From NCBI GenBank assembly GCA_029240655.1, contig JARDZW010000001.1:1-54526 (forward strand): DNA of 54,526 nt. Reading direction: 5' to 3'. The position numbers were made by a program, and so were the translations under genes. The stretch is from Chloroflexota bacterium (GTDB taxonomy: Bacteria > Chloroflexota > Limnocylindria > Limnocylindrales > CSP1-4). Below the pieces are notes generated by a model. It was not told the DNA's origin. It searched no databases and worked only from the letters and a program-made list of their open reading frames with translations. Numbering within the stretch: position 1 is the stretch's first letter; each line of letters opens with the position of its first letter. Below, piece by piece: positions 36,015 through 44,535 of this stretch.

Positions 36015-36338
36015 ATGAGCGACGGCGTGTCCGACCTCGGGCGGTTCGCGGAACCGTCCCTGCACATCCTCGTGTCCCTCAGCGAGGGGCCGAAGCACGG
36101 CTACGCGATCATGACCGACGTCGAGGCGATCACCGGGACGCCGATGGGCCCGGGGACGCTGTACGGCGCGCTGGCTCGTCTCGAGCGGCGGGGCCTGATC
36201 GAAGCTCTCGAACCGGTCGACCGGCGGCGGCCATACAAGCTCACGGGCACGGGCGAAGCCACCGTCCGCGCCCAGCTCGAGCGGCTCCAGGGCCTCGCCC
36301 GGACCGGGTTGGAGCGACTCAGCGACTCGACATCCTGA
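36015..36338 (+). CDS. PadR-family transcriptional regulator
   Basis: 'ILVSLSEGPKHGYAIMTDVEAITGTPMGPGTLYGALARLERRGLIE' is the canonical PadR winged-helix core. Confidence 0.88.
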   Translation: MSDGVSDLGRFAEPSLHILVSLSEGPKHGYAIMTDVEAITGTPMGPGTLYGALARLERRGLIEALEPVDRRRPYKLTGTGEATVRAQLERLQGLARTGLERLSDSTS

Positions 36339-36339
36339 G

Positions 36340-37005
36340 ATGGCCGGGACCGCACGCGACGATGGCCTGCAGCCCATCTCGGGGCCGGTCCTTCGTGCCG
36401 CCCGAGAGACCCAGACGGCAGGACTGTCTCGGCGCCAGCTGATGCGGCGAGCCGTCGGCGCGGGAGTCGGGCTGTGGTTCCTGGAGGTCACCGCGGGCAC
36501 GCTGGGATTCCTGTGGTCCGCGGCCGCGCAGGCGACCGCAAAGGTCCGCATCGGCACGTTCGACGAGCTGCTACTAGCCAATGGTGACCTGCCCGTTGCG
36601 GACGGATTCCCCGCGTACGTGGCTGCCGCTCGGGCGTTCGTGACCATCGTCGATCCGGATCGGCGGGGCTGGGACTCGGGTCGCGATGAGACCGGCGAGG
36701 GCACGGCCCTCAACGTCCGGGCGTTGTCGCAGCGCTGCCCGCACCTGGGTTGTCGACCGAACCCCTGCCTTGAGGACTTCTGGTTCCAGTGCCCCTGTCA
36801 CCAGTCGCGGTACGACCGCCTCGGGATCAAGGCCGCGGGCGAGCTCTTCGGCCCGGCGCCGCGCGGGCTCGACCGGTATGCGATCGAGGTGGACGCCTCC
36901 GGCGTACTGTTCGTCGATACGGGGCGGATCACGCTCGGACCATTGCCCGTGGCGCTCGGGCAGCCGGGCCTGATCCCGCCGCTGGTTCCGCGGGGATGCG
37001 TCTGA
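36340..37005 (+). CDS. Rieske [2Fe-2S] protein, bc1/b6f (QcrA/PetC)-type, with a twin-arginine signal/anchor
   Basis: 'SRRQLMRRAVGAGVGLWFL' Tat-like N-terminus. Cluster boxes 'CPHLGC' and 'CPCHQS', including the disulfide Cys pair of high-potential Rieske proteins. It starts 1 nt after the padR stop. Confidence 0.82.
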   Translation: MAGTARDDGLQPISGPVLRAARETQTAGLSRRQLMRRAVGAGVGLWFLEVTAGTLGFLWSAAAQATAKVRIGTFDELLLANGDLPVADGFPAYVAAARAFVTIVDPDRRGWDSGRDETGEGTALNVRALSQRCPHLGCRPNPCLEDFWFQCPCHQSRYDRLGIKAAGELFGPAPRGLDRYAIEVDASGVLFVDTGRITLGPLPVALGQPGLIPPLVPRGCV

Positions 37006-37718
37006 TGGCATCGAGGTTGACGGCTCGCGCGTCGGGGACGGGCTTGCTGCGCCTGTATCCCTCGTGGTGGCGCGAGCGGTACGGAGAGGAGATGGCGGCG
37101 CTCCTCGAAGCTCGACCGCCGGATGCACGAGCCCGACTCGACCTCCTACGGGGCGCGCTCGATGCGCACGTGCGCAGCCCCGATCCGGACCGCGGATCGC
37201 GACTGACGATCGCCGCTGCGCTCGTCGCGGGCGCGGCCTGGACCGTCGCCGGTGTGGCGTCCGTCGGCGGGCCCGTGCCACCGGACTGGCCCGGCTACCT
37301 GGATTCGACCCTGCCCGTGGCCGCCATCGGCGTTGTCGCGATCCTGATCGCGAGCCTCGGGGTCGCGCGTTTGGCGTGGTCCTCGAGCGGTCCGATCCTC
37401 GAGCTTGTCGTCCTCGCCACCGTCGCCGGCCACCTCGCTTGGGCCGTCGCGCTCGTTGTCGCGGCGCTCGGCGGACCCTATGGGGCCGTGACGGCGATCG
37501 CCCAGACAACCGCGGCCATCGCCACGATCGGCCTCGGCCTGACGCTCATCCGCGCGAACGCCCACCCGATCGGTGAGGCCGTGGTCGTGGCCGGGACCGT
37601 GTTGCTCCTGCCGACACCCGCGGCCTGGCTCGCGGTCGGCGCCATCTGGACGGGCATCGGCCTGTGGCAATTGGTGCATGCGCGACCGGGCGACTCGCCG
37701 CGCCGGATGCTGCGATAG
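37005..37718 (+). CDS. Hypothetical polytopic membrane protein
   Basis: ATG 37005 overlaps the Rieske TGA (TGATG); ATG 36996 is an alternative. N-terminus 'LLRLYPSWWRERYGEEM', then about 5 hydrophobic segments. Confidence 0.6.
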   Translation: MASRLTARASGTGLLRLYPSWWRERYGEEMAALLEARPPDARARLDLLRGALDAHVRSPDPDRGSRLTIAAALVAGAAWTVAGVASVGGPVPPDWPGYLDSTLPVAAIGVVAILIASLGVARLAWSSSGPILELVVLATVAGHLAWAVALVVAALGGPYGAVTAIAQTTAAIATIGLGLTLIRANAHPIGEAVVVAGTVLLLPTPAAWLAVGAIWTGIGLWQLVHARPGDSPRRMLR

Positions 37719-37727
37719 GCCGCGGCA

Positions 37728-39137
37728 TCAGCCGCCGGCGGGACCGCTGTCGAGTCCCGGCTCGGTCATGGCGGCCGGATCCAGCAGCCGGTCGAGGTCC
37801 TCGGAACTCATGCCGCGCTCCAGCGCCAGCTCGCGGATCGTGCGCCCGGACTTGAACGCTTCCTTGGCCAGCGTGGCCGCCTCGTCATAGCCGATCACGG
37901 GCGCCAGCGCCGTCGCGAGCATCAACCCTTGTTCGACCAGCTGCGGGCCGCGCTCCGTGGCCGTCAGCCCGGTCACCGTCCGGTCGCTGAAGTTGCGCGC
38001 GGCGGCGGCCAGCAGGGCGATCGATTCGAGCATCGCGGCTGCGGTGACGGGCAGCATCACGTTGAGTTCCAGCAGGGACCCGGTCTGCGCGAACGCGACG
38101 GTCGCGTCGTTTCCGACGACCCGTGCCACGACCATCGTCAGCGACTCCACGATGACCGGGTTCACCTTGCCCGGCATGATGCTCGAGCCCGGCTGGGTTT
38201 CCGGGAGCGACAGCTCCGCGAGTCCGGCCCGCGGGCCCATGCCCATGAGCCGCACATCCGAGGCGATCTTCCACAGGCCCAGCGCGATCGTGCGGATCCC
38301 ACCGTGCGCCGCGATCGCGGCGTCGAGCGAGGCCTGGGCGTGGAAGTGGTTGCGCGTCTCGCGGACGGGGAGTCCGGTCAGCTCGGCCAGGCGCTGGCAG
38401 GCTCGTGCCGCGAACTCGGGATGGGCGTTGATGCCGGTCCCGACCGCCGTGCCCCCGAGCGGCACGGACAGCAGCTCGGCCTGGGCGGCGAGCGCGCGCC
38501 GAACCGCTTCCTCGACCTGTCCGGCGTAGCCCCGGAACTCCTGGCCCAGCCGGATCGGCGTCGCATCCTGGAGATGGGTGCGCCCGGTCTTGACCACCGG
38601 CCAGAACTCGTCGGCTTTGGCGGCCAGCGCGGTCTGCAACTCGATGAGCGCGGGCAGCAGGGCTTCTTCGATCGCCATCGCTGCCGAGAGTTGGAGCGCG
38701 GTCGGGATCACGTCATTGGAGCTCTGGCAGCGATTGACGTGGTCGTTCGGGTGGATGTTGCGGCTTTCACCCAGCCGCTTCGAGGCGAGGTGCGCCACGA
38801 CTTCGTTCATGTTCGTGTTGGTCGAGGTTCCCGATCCCGTCTGGTAGATATCGATCGGGAACTGCGTGTCGTGGTCGCCGTCCGCCACCGCCGCAGCGGC
38901 GGCGGCGATCGCCCGCGCGACGGCCGGTTCGAGGAGACCGAGCTCGCCGTTCGTCTCGGCGGCCGCGAGCTTGACCAGCGCGAGGGCGCGGATGAACCCG
39001 CGCGCGAAGGGCCGCCCCGAGATCGGGAAGTTCAGGACCGCGCGCTGGGTCGACGCGCCGTAGAGCGCATCGGCGGGGACCGGCATCTCGCCCATCGAGT
39101 CGCGTTCGAGGCGCGTGCCGGGCTCGGGGTCGCTCAT
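37728..39137 (-). CDS. Class II fumarase/aspartase-family lyase (mixed FumC-like and AspA-like motifs)
   Basis: Signature 'GSSIMPGKVNP'. 'GRTHLQDATP' is FumC-like. 'HPNDHVNRCQSSND', 'LGQEFRGY' and 'LELNVMLPV' are AspA-like. Start at ATG 39137, internal to the track ORF. Confidence 0.85.
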   Translation of the reverse strand: MSDPEPGTRLERDSMGEMPVPADALYGASTQRAVLNFPISGRPFARGFIRALALVKLAAAETNGELGLLEPAVARAIAAAAAAVADGDHDTQFPIDIYQTGSGTSTNTNMNEVVAHLASKRLGESRNIHPNDHVNRCQSSNDVIPTALQLSAAMAIEEALLPALIELQTALAAKADEFWPVVKTGRTHLQDATPIRLGQEFRGYAGQVEEAVRRALAAQAELLSVPLGGTAVGTGINAHPEFAARACQRLAELTGLPVRETRNHFHAQASLDAAIAAHGGIRTIALGLWKIASDVRLMGMGPRAGLAELSLPETQPGSSIMPGKVNPVIVESLTMVVARVVGNDATVAFAQTGSLLELNVMLPVTAAAMLESIALLAAAARNFSDRTVTGLTATERGPQLVEQGLMLATALAPVIGYDEAATLAKEAFKSGRTIRELALERGMSSEDLDRLLDPAAMTEPGLDSGPAGG

Positions 39138-39144
39138 GGACTCG

Positions 39145-39150
39145 ATTGTA
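39145..39150 (-). promoter_or_regulatory. -10-like hexamer TACAAT, 7 nt upstream of ATG 39137 (leaderless pattern)
   Basis: The minus strand reads 'ccTACAATcgagtccATG'. Confidence 0.45.
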
Positions 39151-39194
39151 GGTCCGGGCCGTGGCTCGGTGGGTCGTACCCCGTGCGGACGTCG

Positions 39195-39200
39195 TAGCAT
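39195..39200 (+). promoter_or_regulatory. -10-like hexamer TAGCAT, 5 nt upstream of GTG 39206
   Basis: 'gTAGCATcgccgGTGATG' read directly. Confidence 0.35.
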
Positions 39201-39205
39201 CGCCG

Positions 39206-40024
39206 GTGATGCCCACGATCGACGCCAACGGCCTGACCATCGGGTACGACGTCGCCGGTGCCGGCCCGCCGCTGATCCTCTTGCACGGCGCGACCTCCGA
39301 AGCCGCCCGAGATTTCCGCGGTCAGCTGCCGACGCTCACGGAGGCCTTTCGCTGCTACACGCCGGATGCGCGCGGGCATGGACGGACGCGCTGGGACACG
39401 GCGAGCGGCGGATTCTCTGCCGACTGGCTCGCCGACGACCTGCTGGCGTTCGCGGACGGCTTGGGCCTCGAGACGTTCCACCTGCTCGGGTTCTCGCTGG
39501 GCGCCATGACCGCCTTGCGCGTCGCCGTGCGGGTGCCCGAACGGTTGCGCACGCTCGTCGTCGTCGGCATCACGACCGACCGTGAGCCGCGCGCCAGCGT
39601 CGCCCGACGGCTGATGGACCCGATCCGGATCGACCGCGACGATCCCACCTGGGCGGCCGACCTCGCACGTCGGCACGATCCCGGGCAGGGCGCGGGCGCG
39701 TGGCGGGCACTGCTCCCGGCCATCGCCCGCGACGTCGCGACGCAATCGCTGTTGACGCCGCGCGAGATCCGGACGATCGACCCGCCGACGCTGGTGGCGG
39801 CCGGCGACCGCGATCCGTTCGTCCCGGTCGATGATGCCTGGCGACTCTCGCGCTCCGTACTCGACGGCCGCCTGCTCGTCCTGCCCGATGCCGGCCACGA
39901 GGCGTTCTCGGAACGGCCGGCGATCGCCACGGAAGCGCTCGGCGAGTTCTATCGATCGACGGAGGCCGTCGCGCGCCAGCGCGCCGGCACGACCGCGACG
40001 ACCACTGAGGAGGTGACCGCATGA
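39206..40024 (+). CDS. Alpha/beta-fold hydrolase
   Basis: 'LILLHG' oxyanion region, nucleophile elbow 'GFSLGA', C-terminal 'PDAGHE'. Start at GTG 39206 or ATG 39209. Confidence 0.82.
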   Translation: MMPTIDANGLTIGYDVAGAGPPLILLHGATSEAARDFRGQLPTLTEAFRCYTPDARGHGRTRWDTASGGFSADWLADDLLAFADGLGLETFHLLGFSLGAMTALRVAVRVPERLRTLVVVGITTDREPRASVARRLMDPIRIDRDDPTWAADLARRHDPGQGAGAWRALLPAIARDVATQSLLTPREIRTIDPPTLVAAGDRDPFVPVDDAWRLSRSVLDGRLLVLPDAGHEAFSERPAIATEALGEFYRSTEAVARQRAGTTATTTEEVTA

Positions 40025-40359
40025 CCACGCTACTCGTCCTGTACCGGCGCCCCGACGGCGGGCCCGACGCACTGGCCGAATTCGAGCGACGCTACGCGGC
40101 GGAACACCTGCCGCTCGTCGCCGAGACGCCGGGTTTACGCTCGACCAAGGTGCAGCGGGTCTCCGAGGCTCTCGGTGGTGAGACCGACCTCGTGATGGTC
40201 ACGGCGATGGAGTTCGAGGATCGCGCGGCGATGGACGCCGGTCTCGCCTCGGACGCGATGCGCGCGGCGGGGCGGAATCTGCGCGAGATCGCACCCGGCA
40301 TCGCCACGTTCCTCGTCCTGGAAGACGCGGATGACCTAAGGGGAGATCACGGCGTCTGA
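40021..40359 (+). CDS. EthD-domain protein (dimeric alpha/beta-barrel family)
   Basis: 112 aa. 'LLVLYRRPDG...FERRYAAEHLPLVAETPGL' matches the EthD/TIGR02118-type N-terminus as I recall it. ATGA overlap with the hydrolase; GAGGAGG lies 7 nt upstream. Confidence 0.65.
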   Translation: MTTLLVLYRRPDGGPDALAEFERRYAAEHLPLVAETPGLRSTKVQRVSEALGGETDLVMVTAMEFEDRAAMDAGLASDAMRAAGRNLREIAPGIATFLVLEDADDLRGDHGV

Positions 40360-40362
40360 CAC

Positions 40363-40656
40363 TTGAGTGACCACTCTGCGGCCTATCCTGCCACCATGCC
40401 GGACGCAGAAGACGCGCCATCGAGCGCAGGCGAAATCGCCATCAACCTAACCTTCGATGAAGCTCTGGTCCTCGACGGCCTCTTGAGCCGAAGCGAGCCG
40501 GGCAGAGGTGACTGCTTCACGATCGAGCATCAGGCGGAGCTCCGCGTCCTTTGGAACATCGGGGCAATGCTCGAGTCCCGCCTGCCAGTTGTGAACAACC
40601 CCGACTATGAGCGGCTCCTGGCTTCTGCGCGTGAACGGGTCCGCGACAATTCCTAG
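40363..40656 (+). CDS. Hypothetical small acidic protein
   Basis: TTG 40363 or ATG 40396. GC3 is only moderate and local GC is about 60-63% (counted on four 60-nt lines). No family recognised. Confidence 0.45.
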   Translation: MSDHSAAYPATMPDAEDAPSSAGEIAINLTFDEALVLDGLLSRSEPGRGDCFTIEHQAELRVLWNIGAMLESRLPVVNNPDYERLLASARERVRDNS

Positions 40657-40767
40657 ACCCGGACGGCCGCGCGAAGCCCACTAACTCGACGGGCCAATCC
40701 ACCGACTGCCATTGACGCACGCTTTGCGACCAGGACCGCTGTGTCTTGACCCGGACCCCGCCGCGGG

Positions 40768-41448
40768 TCAGGCCCCGTCCTCGCCGGAGAGGTCCTTGTC
40801 CTCCATCTCCCACGCGTGGTCGAGCGTGTGGAAAGCCGAATGCCGGATGAGGAACGGCAGGGTCCATGACCGCATGCGCCGACCCTCCCCGGCGTTGTAG
40901 GCGCGCATCGCCTCGATGTACGCCTCTCGATACTCCCGCAACCCATCCGGGGTCATCGCCCCTTCCTCGGGGATCTTCAACCCGACGCGCGTCGCGAAGC
41001 TCTCGCTCTCCTGGCGAAGGGTGTGGCTGATGATCCGATCGCGGTCGCGTCCCCCGCCGCGCGGGCCCTTGCGCATCTCCGGCGAGACCCGCGCCGCGAC
41101 GCCATCGAAGAACGCCCAGCAGGCGCGCAGCTTCGTGATCGCGAGGTCGAACTCCGCCTCGGTCATCGGTCCATGCTCGGTCGAAGATGCCGCGAACGAG
41201 ATGCCCCAGAAATCGGTCGAGCCGGTGCCGACCCTGTCCTCCACGATCTCGAGCGACCCGGCGGCGTCGAACTCCGGCAACATGCCGGCAAGGTCCGCGA
41301 TCGGCCGATATCGGTCCCGATACGACTCGAGCGTCGCCAGGGCGACCTCGGGGGTCTTCGCACCGCGGCTCCACCCCAGCCATTCGAGGCTGAAGGCCAC
41401 GGCCCGCTTCCCCTTGGGTCCGCGTTCGATGACGGTGCGGACAGGCAT
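40768..41448 (-). CDS. Hypothetical protein (226 aa); DinB-like helical bundle is only a guess
   Basis: Start at ATG 41448 (MPVRTVIERGPKGK...). The upstream 300 codons of track ORF 40768..42354 are low-complexity and overlap the + strand genes 41581..41982 and 42097..42768. C-terminus 'HSAFHTLDHAWEMED'. Confidence 0.55.
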   Translation of the reverse strand: MPVRTVIERGPKGKRAVAFSLEWLGWSRGAKTPEVALATLESYRDRYRPIADLAGMLPEFDAAGSLEIVEDRVGTGSTDFWGISFAASSTEHGPMTEAEFDLAITKLRACWAFFDGVAARVSPEMRKGPRGGGRDRDRIISHTLRQESESFATRVGLKIPEEGAMTPDGLREYREAYIEAMRAYNAGEGRRMRSWTLPFLIRHSAFHTLDHAWEMEDKDLSGEDGA

Positions 41449-41505
41449 GGCCTGAGTATGCACTCGCACGGCATTCGCGAGCCCAACGTCAGTCGCCCAT
41501 CCCTT

Positions 41506-41527
41506 CACTAGATTACGCACTCTAGTG
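41506..41527. promoter_or_regulatory. Inverted repeat CACTAGA-N8-TCTAGTG in a divergent intergenic region
   Basis: Read directly, between starts 41448 (-) and 41581 (+). The region is locally AT-rich. Confidence 0.4.
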
Positions 41528-41580
41528 ACCAACAACGACCGAGACTGCCACTGAGGGCCATCCATGGACTGGTTGCTGCT

Positions 41581-41982
41581 GTGAGCGACGTGAGCGTCAA
41601 GGCAACCCGCGTCGCGGCCGTGTTGTACATGGTCTTCGGCGTCGGATTCGGCGTGGGTTCGGCACTCACGTTGTCGCATCTCGATCGCCACGGCGAACTG
41701 CCGATGACACCGTTCGGGTTCCGATCGATGGCCGGTGGTCCGTTCGAGCAGGCCGAGCCGGAGCGGTTCAAGATGCTGGGCTGGGCGCTGGTCGTCACGT
41801 CGGCGCTGGACGTCGTCGCGGGCATCTGGCTGTGGCAGGGGCGGCGCCGAGGCGCACAGCTCGGCCTCGCGACGAGCCCGGTGACGCTCGCTCTTGGGGC
41901 GGGATTCGCGCTGCCATTCCTGCTGCTGGCTGCCCCGATCCGGGCAGGCTTGGTACTCATCGGTCGCCGAACCCTCAGGTGA
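41581..41982 (+). CDS. Hypothetical membrane protein (133 aa, about 4 TM)
   Basis: GTG start, high GC3, hydrophobic segments such as 'VAAVLYMVFGVGFGVGSALTL' and 'FALPFLLLAAPIRAGLVLIG'. Confidence 0.6.
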   Translation: MSDVSVKATRVAAVLYMVFGVGFGVGSALTLSHLDRHGELPMTPFGFRSMAGGPFEQAEPERFKMLGWALVVTSALDVVAGIWLWQGRRRGAQLGLATSPVTLALGAGFALPFLLLAAPIRAGLVLIGRRTLR

Positions 41983-42096
41983 TCGGCGACTCACGCTGGT
42001 CCGGCCCCGATCCGCGGGGTTCCAGACCGGGTCGAAACCTCGATGTATGACCGGAATGGGTCGTACGAGGGTCCCCGGGCCTGACAGGATGAGCAC

Positions 42097-42768
42097 GTGG
42101 AAACCACGGCTGCCCAGTTCCAGGTGAAGCTCGAGGCCCTTCGGACCCCCGGCGGCGACATCGGGATGGGCCAGATCTTCGCCCTCGCCAAGGCGTGCAT
42201 GGACATGCCGCCGGAGGAGATCGAGACGCTGCTCGAGAGCCCGGTCCATGAAGTCCGGGTCGGGGCGGTCAGCATCATGGACTGGCAGGCGCGCGACAGG
42301 AAGACTTCGGTCGACCGCCGACGGGCGCTGTTCGACCTCTACCTGAGGCGCCACGATCGGATCGACACGTGGGATCTCGTCGACCGGAGCGCGATCTGGG
42401 TCGTCGGCGAGTGGCTCGCCGACAAGCCACGCGACGTCCTCTATACCCTGACGGCCTCGGCGGCGCCGATGGAACGTCGCACGGCCATCCTGAGCACGAT
42501 GGCGTTCATGCGGCGCGGCGAACTAGACGACACGTATCGGATCGCCGAGCGGCTGCTGGGCGATGACCAGGACCTCGTGCACAAGGCCGTCGGATGGATG
42601 CTGCGCGAGGCGGGCAAACGTGACGAGCCCCGACTCCTGGCGTTCCTCGATGCACACGCGGCCGCGATGCCGCGGGTCATGCTCCGGTACGCGATCGAGA
42701 AGCTCGACAAGGGCGTCCGGGATCGGTATCTGGCCCTGGGCAGGAGACCGGGGGCGCGGCTGCAGTGA
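42097..42768 (+). CDS. DNA alkylation repair protein (AlkD/AlkC-like HEAT-repeat family)
   Basis: 'SPVHEVRVGAVSIM', 'IDTWDLVD' and 'DQDLVHKAVGWMLRE' are typical of the DNA_alkylation family. AGGA lies 7 nt upstream of GTG 42097. Confidence 0.78.
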   Translation: METTAAQFQVKLEALRTPGGDIGMGQIFALAKACMDMPPEEIETLLESPVHEVRVGAVSIMDWQARDRKTSVDRRRALFDLYLRRHDRIDTWDLVDRSAIWVVGEWLADKPRDVLYTLTASAAPMERRTAILSTMAFMRRGELDDTYRIAERLLGDDQDLVHKAVGWMLREAGKRDEPRLLAFLDAHAAAMPRVMLRYAIEKLDKGVRDRYLALGRRPGARLQ

Positions 42769-42918
42769 CGATCCGGGATCTTCGATCGGTCGCGCGCCGG
42801 CACGCCCCTTGCGTCGTGTTCGATCACGCGGACGGCGCGACCGAGAGCGAGACGAGTCTTCGGTGGTCGCGCGAGGCCCGGAACGTGGATACTTGACCCG
42901 ACGACCAGCGAGGAGCCC

Positions 42919-43722
42919 GTGACCGACGTCGAGCCGACCACCCGCTTGATCCGTGTCGATGCCCCCGTCCCCGGGCATGACGGCGTCGCGCTCGTCACCA
43001 TCGATCGACCCGAGGCGCGCAACGCGCTCAGCTTCGCGCTACTGGCCGAGCTGGCCGATCAACTCGAAGCGCTCGACGACGACGAACGCATGCGAGTCGT
43101 CGTCCTGACCGGCGCCGGCGACCGGGCCTTCGCGGCCGGTGCCGACATCGTGGAGCTCGCCGACCAGACCCCCGAGCGCCTGCACGCCGAGGGCAAGTTC
43201 TCGGCCTGGGACCGCATCGGCTCGATCGGCTTGCCGCTGATCGCGGCGGTCCGGGGCTTCGCCCTGGGTGGCGGCTGCGAGCTGGCCATGACGTGCGATC
43301 TCATCGTCGCCGGCGACGACGCCCAGTTCGGTCAGCCGGAGATCCGGATCGGGGTCATGCCCGGGGCAGGCGGCACGCAGCGGCTCACCAGGGCCGTCGG
43401 CGCGGCGCTGGCGATGGAGCTCATCCTGACCGGGCGGGCGATGCCGGCCGAAGAGGCGAAGGCCGCCGGACTCGTCACGAAGATCGTTCCGAGCGCCCAG
43501 ACCGTCGATGCGGCTCTGGAGCTCGCCGACACGATCGCCGGCATGCCGCCGCTGGCGGTCCGTGCCGCCAAACGTTCCGTGCTCGCCGCTGCGGACCTGT
43601 CCCTGACCGCCGGCCTGCGAGCCGAGCGGGCGGCATTCTTCGAGCTCTTCGCCACCGAGGACCAACGCGAGGGGATGCGTGCCTTCATGGAGAAGCGCCC
43701 GCCGACCTGGACCGGCCGATGA
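42919..43722 (+). CDS. paaF: Enoyl-CoA hydratase (PaaF-like, 2,3-dehydroadipyl-CoA hydratase)
   Basis: Collinear with E. coli PaaF as I recall it: 'FAAGADI', 'PLIAAV.G.ALGGGCELA', 'FGQPEI..GVMPGAGGTQRL', C-terminus 'F.EKR.P...GR'. Confidence 0.78.
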   Translation: MTDVEPTTRLIRVDAPVPGHDGVALVTIDRPEARNALSFALLAELADQLEALDDDERMRVVVLTGAGDRAFAAGADIVELADQTPERLHAEGKFSAWDRIGSIGLPLIAAVRGFALGGGCELAMTCDLIVAGDDAQFGQPEIRIGVMPGAGGTQRLTRAVGAALAMELILTGRAMPAEEAKAAGLVTKIVPSAQTVDAALELADTIAGMPPLAVRAAKRSVLAAADLSLTAGLRAERAAFFELFATEDQREGMRAFMEKRPPTWTGR

Positions 43723-43740
43723 CCACACGAGGAGGAACGG

Positions 43741-44535
43741 ATGGAGCGTGACCCGTACGAAGGCGGGAGCGACGTCGGGCGCGACCTGGCCAGGGACCTC
43801 GGTGACGAGCCGCCATCGTCGCTCCGCGATGCCCCGCCGGACATCCTCTCCCCGATCGATGAAACGGCGCCGGTGAGCGGGCACGTGCCGCGACCGCAGT
43901 CCTCGTCGTCGGTGGTCGATTCGCCCGAACACGATTGGGCGCTGGCACGCGACGTCATCCGACCCGCATTCCGGCCGGTCGGGACCCAGGGCCTCGCGAT
44001 CGAAGACGTGCAGCGCGACACCCTCGCCCAGCACGCGATGCAAAGCCATGCGCAGCCGGTGCTCGATGCCGGTCCGGCCGGCCTGCCCGTGGTCTACGCC
44101 ATCCCGGCCGGCGGCTTCGACATCATGGTGAACGGCGATCACCTGCTGTCGTGGGGGATCGAAGCCGTCGAGCTGCAGGACGCAGCACTGCGCAATCTCG
44201 CGGCGTGGGCCGCCACTGCGCCGTGGACCGACGAGGTCTCAGGCGAACGGCATCTGATCAGCTCGGACACGGGCGACGGCATGGACGCGGTCCGGATCCT
44301 GCTGCCCGACGTCATCGCCCACCTCGCGAACGAGCTGGGTGGGAATGGGGCGCGCGTGCTCGTCGGCATCCCCGAGCGGCACCTCCTCACGGCCGCGAGC
44401 CTGCGACCGGACGACCAGGGGTTCGCGGCGTTGTTTGCGGAGTTCATCCTCGAGCAATCGGGCGGGGCGGACGAGCCCATTGACCGCCGGGTTTTCGAGA
44501 TCGTGGACGGGCGGCTAGTCGAGTTCAGCGGGTGA
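43741..44535 (+). CDS. Hypothetical protein (264 aa), possibly DUF1444-like
   Basis: GAGGAGG lies 5 nt upstream of ATG 43741. The stop overlaps the paaG start (GTGA at 44532-44535). Acidic, disordered-looking N-terminal ~70 aa, then a globular domain. Confidence 0.6.
   Translation: MERDPYEGGSDVGRDLARDLGDEPPSSLRDAPPDILSPIDETAPVSGHVPRPQSSSSVVDSPEHDWALARDVIRPAFRPVGTQGLAIEDVQRDTLAQHAMQSHAQPVLDAGPAGLPVVYAIPAGGFDIMVNGDHLLSWGIEAVELQDAALRNLAAWAATAPWTDEVSGERHLISSDTGDGMDAVRILLPDVIAHLANELGGNGARVLVGIPERHLLTAASLRPDDQGFAALFAEFILEQSGGADEPIDRRVFEIVDGRLVEFSG

Noticed and set aside
40768-42354. 528-aa track ORF on the minus strand
   Set aside because: Only the C-terminal 226 aa (from ATG 41448) look protein-like. 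The upstream part is low complexity and overlaps two better + strand genes (41581..41982 and 42097..42768) and their intergenic promoter.
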